Shown in pieces: positions 8,057 through 11,029 of a stretch of DNA of 11,029 nucleotides. The DNA lies in the IMG/VR virus record IMGVR_UViG_2671181094_000005. The stretch is one strand, 5' to 3'. The position numbers were made by a program, and so were the translations under genes. How positions within the stretch are numbered: the stretch's first letter is position 1; every line of letters begins with the position of its first letter. This DNA is from a virus (lineage: Duplodnaviria; Heunggongvirae; Uroviricota; Caudoviricetes). The notes beneath the pieces are model-generated. The model had not been told where the DNA came from. It ran no database searches and saw only the letters and a list, made by a program, of their open reading frames with translations.

Positions 8057-8272
8057 TTACTCTCTTCTCGCAACCTTACGCCTGTCTTCTTTAATCTTGA
8101 AATAAAGGTTTGTCAGATACGTCAGCATGCCAAATACCAGACTACCCAATACACCTATTGCCGCCCACTGTGAGGGCGTGACTTTATCGAGCAACTGTAA
8201 AAACCAGTAGCCAGCACTGCCTGCAGAGGTGCTGTAGGCGATGCCCGTTGTTAACTTATCCATGGATTTCAT
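8057..8272 (-). CDS. Class II holin, phage 21 S21-like pinholin (71 aa) with dual-start motif
   Basis: [71 protein letters not shown]: two transmembrane segments and a charged C-terminus, colinear with S21/EssD as recalled. Met1-Lys-Ser-Met4 dual-start arrangement (antiholin/holin). Strong GGAGGTGA Shine-Dalgarno 4 nt upstream of the ATG at 8272; the 99-aa track ORF is an upstream extension. Confidence 0.85.
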   Translation of the reverse strand: MKSMDKLTTGIAYSTSAGSAGYWFLQLLDKVTPSQWAAIGVLGSLVFGMLTYLTNLYFKIKEDRRKVARRE

Positions 8273-8363
8273 AGCCTCACCTCCGCAGATAACGGATGGT
8301 GTACACGGTTTGGTTCGAAGAAGGAAAGAAGTTACATTAGCGTAAGGCCCGAACATCTATTCA

Positions 8364-8394
8364 AAAAGAAAAACGCCAGCAATTATTCTGGCGT
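8364..8394 (-). terminator. Rho-independent terminator downstream of the AraC-family gene
   Basis: Minus strand: stem ACGCCAG / CTGGCGT (8373-8379 and 8388-8394) with 8-nt loop, followed by TTTCTTTTT. About 70 nt after the regulator stop and about 90 nt before the holin start. Confidence 0.5.
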
Positions 8395-8462
8395 AGCTAA
8401 AAATATCGTATAATCTTACACTTCAAAAAATAACTTTATAAAATGCCATCACATCATATCTT

Positions 8463-9176
8463 CTAAGAAAATCTTGATAAATATTGGTGCGGAGGCACAC
8501 CAAAATATCCTCTAAAAACACTTACAAAATATGATGCATTGTCATACCCGCATATTCCCGCCACCTTGCCGACAGTATGGTTACTGTAGATCAATAATCT
8601 TTGCGCCATCATCATTCGTTCTTCAAGAATTAATTTACTAAACGATAATCCTTCGTCTTTTAATTTTCTTTTTAACAAACTCTCGCTCATATATAATCTT
8701 GAAGATATATCACAAAGTCTCCATGACGCTGAGATATCCGAGTGAATAATAGCCTTAACTTTACAACCTAAGCTATTAAGACTTCCGAACAAAAAACTTT
8801 GCACTATTTTCTCTGAAGATAAGACAGCAAGACATGCAAGTGATATTTGATTTCTAACTACATCCACGGTTTTGCTATCACAATTCAAGCATGCAACCAA
8901 GTTCCTTAACAATGAAAAATCTTCACATTCTACTATCAAGTATGACGGATAAAACCTTCTTACAGAAAAAGGTGAGAGTGTGTAGTTTTTAAAGAAATCA
9001 TTAACTGTTTTCTCCTCAATATCTACGATCATTAGATGATCTGTATTTGACGAAAAAAGATCTTTTAAATTGTATTCAATGAGGACAGCATTTCCTTTTT
9101 TAAACAAAATATCTTCTTTACCAATTCGGACACCAAACGAGTTCAACACCAAAATGATAGAACATATGTATGGCAT
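8463..9176 (-). CDS. AraC/XylS-family transcriptional regulator (AppY/EnvY/Rns-like), AT-rich
   Basis: C-terminal AraC-type double helix-turn-helix (...WRLCDISSRLYMSESLLKRKLKDEGLSFSKLILEERMMMAQRLLIYSNHTVGKVAGICGYDNASYFVSVFRGYFGVPPHQY). N-terminus MPYICSIILVLNSF resembles AppY MDYVCSVVFICQSF (from memory). Most likely start is the ATG at 9176 with AGGTGGA Shine-Dalgarno; the ORF-track start at 9185 is a GTG. Strongly AT-rich with a ~400-bp AT-rich upstream region. Confidence 0.8.
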   Translation of the reverse strand: MPYICSIILVLNSFGVRIGKEDILFKKGNAVLIEYNLKDLFSSNTDHLMIVDIEEKTVNDFFKNYTLSPFSVRRFYPSYLIVECEDFSLLRNLVACLNCDSKTVDVVRNQISLACLAVLSSEKIVQSFLFGSLNSLGCKVKAIIHSDISASWRLCDISSRLYMSESLLKRKLKDEGLSFSKLILEERMMMAQRLLIYSNHTVGKVAGICGYDNASYFVSVFRGYFGVPPHQYLSRFS

Positions 9177-9582
9177 ATTATCCACCTGATATCATTGGGG
9201 TTACACCAGGTAAGTATAGGTGGAAAATCAATATTCGCCAGTTCAACAATAAGGAAAATCTCATTGCATCACAACTATAAAACCATGTGTTTAACTCACA
9301 AAAAACAAATCATTAAACTAATCTGTTATATTATAATAGCTGCGTGCAATAATAATATTATATGCTCTTTATATTCACTTGAAATATCTTCATATAAAAA
9401 CAGATTGAATAAAATCTTTTGGGGCTGGTATGTTTACCAACATTAAATTGCATCTCAATGTTTTCTTTAGCGTGAACAGGATTTTTATAAAAACTGACAC
9501 TATGAGCATCATAGCGTAGTTTTTACGATTGTAAATATCCTGCATACAGGAACTCATCACTTTCAGATGATATCGCATACAG

Positions 9583-10542
9583 TTAATTCACCATCAGTCT
9601 TAGAGCCAGTTCTTCCGGATAGGGATCGAAGTAATTCTGTGTAAGCAAGTAATCATTAGGATACTCACCCAGATAATGCTTCAGCAGAGTCAACGGCGCA
9701 AGAAGAGGCAATGTGCCAAAGCGATAGTTAAGTATAACCTCGCTCAACTCTTTACGCTGGCGTGTACTTAAGTAATTACTAAAATACCCCTGTATATGCA
9801 TCAGCACATTCGTGTGATTTTTACGTGATGCTGGTTTTCTGAGAATCGCCATCAGATTATCACGATACACCTCAAAGTATGATTCAAGGTCCGCCCACTC
9901 GTGTATTGCAGCCACAAATGGTCCCATATCTTTATAGCCTGCCTGGCTATGCGCCAACAACTGAAGCTTATAACGACTATGAAAAGCTAATAACTCTCTT
10001 CTTGATAATTTCTCCTTGTAAAGGTGATTGAGCTCATGCAAAGCAAAAACTCTTTCAATAAAATTCTCACGAAGCACTGGATCATGTAATCGCCCATCCT
10101 CTTCAACCGGTAGCCAGGAAAACTTTTCCATCAAAGTGCTCGTAAATAGTCCCACTCCATCTTTACGACCTCGATTACCATTTTCATCATAGACACGCAC
10201 GCGCTCCATGCCACAGCTGGGAGATTTAGCACAAACCACAAACCCCGATACATCCTTTAATTTGTCCATATAAGAACGACTAAACTCTGTCATTCTCTCT
10301 GTCACATCCTCATTCTGGTCGTGGCTGAAACACATCCGTATATTTCCTTGCTTCGAGCGCACAAGTCGTAGAGCAGGACGCGGAACTGGCAGCCCTATAG
10401 CCATTTCCGGACATACTGGTCTGAATGTTACCCATTCCACTAATTTGTCCATTAAAAAGTCATCTCTTTTGTGACCACCATCAAAACGAACAGCAGAACC
10501 GCCCAAACAACCGCTGATCCCAATCACAGGTTTTTTTATCAT
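9583..10542 (-). CDS. DUF523 (TudS-like thio-nucleobase desulfidase) fused to DUF1722 (YbgA-like) protein, 319 aa
   Basis: N-terminal half carries three Cys in the contexts expected for the [4Fe-4S]-binding DUF523/TudS fold (GISGCLGG, PVCPE, KSPSCGM); the C-terminal half is a helical DUF1722-like domain. ATG at 10542 with GGGGGAGG upstream. Domain assignment is from motif recognition, not a profile search. Confidence 0.7.
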   Translation of the reverse strand: MIKKPVIGISGCLGGSAVRFDGGHKRDDFLMDKLVEWVTFRPVCPEMAIGLPVPRPALRLVRSKQGNIRMCFSHDQNEDVTERMTEFSRSYMDKLKDVSGFVVCAKSPSCGMERVRVYDENGNRGRKDGVGLFTSTLMEKFSWLPVEEDGRLHDPVLRENFIERVFALHELNHLYKEKLSRRELLAFHSRYKLQLLAHSQAGYKDMGPFVAAIHEWADLESYFEVYRDNLMAILRKPASRKNHTNVLMHIQGYFSNYLSTRQRKELSEVILNYRFGTLPLLAPLTLLKHYLGEYPNDYLLTQNYFDPYPEELALRLMVN

Positions 10543-10732
10543 TTCCTCCCCCTTGACTAATTCATTAACACATAAACTTTGTAGTGCACGGACTAAATTG
10601 CCTTTCTGGCTTCATCACTGACAATTTTTCTGTTATTGACTATTCCTAATATAGTAGGAAAGTTCTTTAAGTGATCGGTCGTACTCATCTATCTTTCATA
10701 CTTACTCTCAACTATCAAAAGTACAGGATTTA

Positions 10733-11029
10733 GGTGATGCTGCCAACTTACTGATTTAGTGTATGATGGTGTTTTTGAGGTGCTCCAGTGGCTTCTGTTT
10801 CTATCAGCTGTCCCTCCTGTTCAGCTACTGACGGGGTGGTGCGTAACGGCAAAAGCACCGCCGGACATCAGCGCTATCTCTGCTCTCACTGCCGTAAAAC
10901 ATGGCAACTGCAGTTCACTTACACCGCTTCTCAACCCGGTACGCACCAGAAAATCATTGATATGGCCATGAATGGCGTTGGATGCCGGGCAACTGCCCGC
11001 ATTATGGGCGTTGGCCTCAACACGATTTT
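10733..11029 (+). mobile_element. IS1 insertion sequence, left end (partial; continues beyond the window)
   Basis: Sequence from 10733 (GGTGATGCTGCCAACTTACTGATTTAGTGTATGATGGTGTTTTTGAGGTGCTCCAGTGGCTTCTG...) matches the IS1 left inverted repeat and the 5' part of insA as recalled. Only the left ~300 bp of the 768-bp element is in the window. Confidence 0.9.
10788..11029 (+). CDS. insA: IS1 InsA (transposition repressor / N-terminal part of InsAB' transposase), partial
   Basis: GTG start at 10788; translation (M)[79 protein letters not shown]... matches IS1 InsA with its zinc-finger Cys pairs. Truncated by the window edge. Confidence 0.85.
   Translation, partial: MASVSISCPSCSATDGVVRNGKSTAGHQRYLCSHCRKTWQLQFTYTASQPGTHQKIIDMAMNGVGCRATARIMGVGLNTI

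Noticed and set aside
8300-8320. GGTTCGAA motif resembling a tRNA T-loop
   Set aside because: Lies in the holin 5' leader with no surrounding cloverleaf; chance match.
8357-8462. Interpreting the hairpin at 8364-8394 as the lambdoid late terminator tR' with pR' just upstream
   Set aside because: A tR' about 200 nt downstream of pR' would put the late promoter inside the AraC-family coding sequence, and no Q gene or qut-like element is visible; more simply the terminator of the regulator gene. The perfect TATAAT at 8409-8414 is on the plus strand, antisense to everything nearby, and expected by chance in DNA this AT-rich.
9195-9578. ORFs 9195..9446 (+) and 9390..9578 (-)
   Set aside because: Lie in the extremely AT-rich intergenic region upstream of the AraC-family gene; Ile/Lys/Asn-rich translations typical of AT-rich noncoding DNA. 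The 62-aa minus ORF is hydrophobic and starts 5 nt after the upstream gene, so a small membrane protein cannot be excluded, but nothing supports it.
10759-10971. 70-aa plus-strand ORF
   Set aside because: Alternative frame through the IS1 left end; the true IS1 frame is insA starting at the GTG at 10788.

Overview
This window is a decayed lambdoid (Qin/phage-21-like) prophage segment, with almost every gene on the minus strand; all homology calls are by eye against sequences recalled from memory, and nothing was searched or computed. Reading the minus strand from high to low coordinates: an IS1 left end (10733 to the window edge, insA partial), a DUF523(TudS-like)/DUF1722 fusion gene, a very AT-rich AraC-family regulator gene (AppY/Rns-like), then a phage-21-type lysis cassette (dual-start pinholin, DUF1327 protein, T4-lysozyme-like endolysin with N-terminal hydrophobic segment, Rz with embedded Rz1). 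Next comes an AT-rich cold-shock moron cluster (cspI-like gene with a cspA-type promoter and 5' UTR, a small ORF, a GnsA/GnsB-family gene, another small ORF), a candidate cos site, and a collapsed structural region. In that region a Nu1-like N-terminal fragment, a gpA-like terminase fragment and the C-terminal ~815 codons of the tail-tip gene J are joined out of frame, followed by an intact lom gene with terminators on both sides. The head and tail module has therefore been deleted while lom, cspI and the lysis genes keep intact reading frames. I could not identify a confident novel multi-gene system. The most unexplained feature is a ~560 bp stretch between the DUF1327 gene and the endolysin gene, which carries a plus-strand 86-codon acidic ORF with its own Shine-Dalgarno and terminator, converging on a DUF1327 ORF that looks C-terminally extended. 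The AraC regulator plus TudS-like gene island and the GnsB-like module are the other candidates worth a second look.
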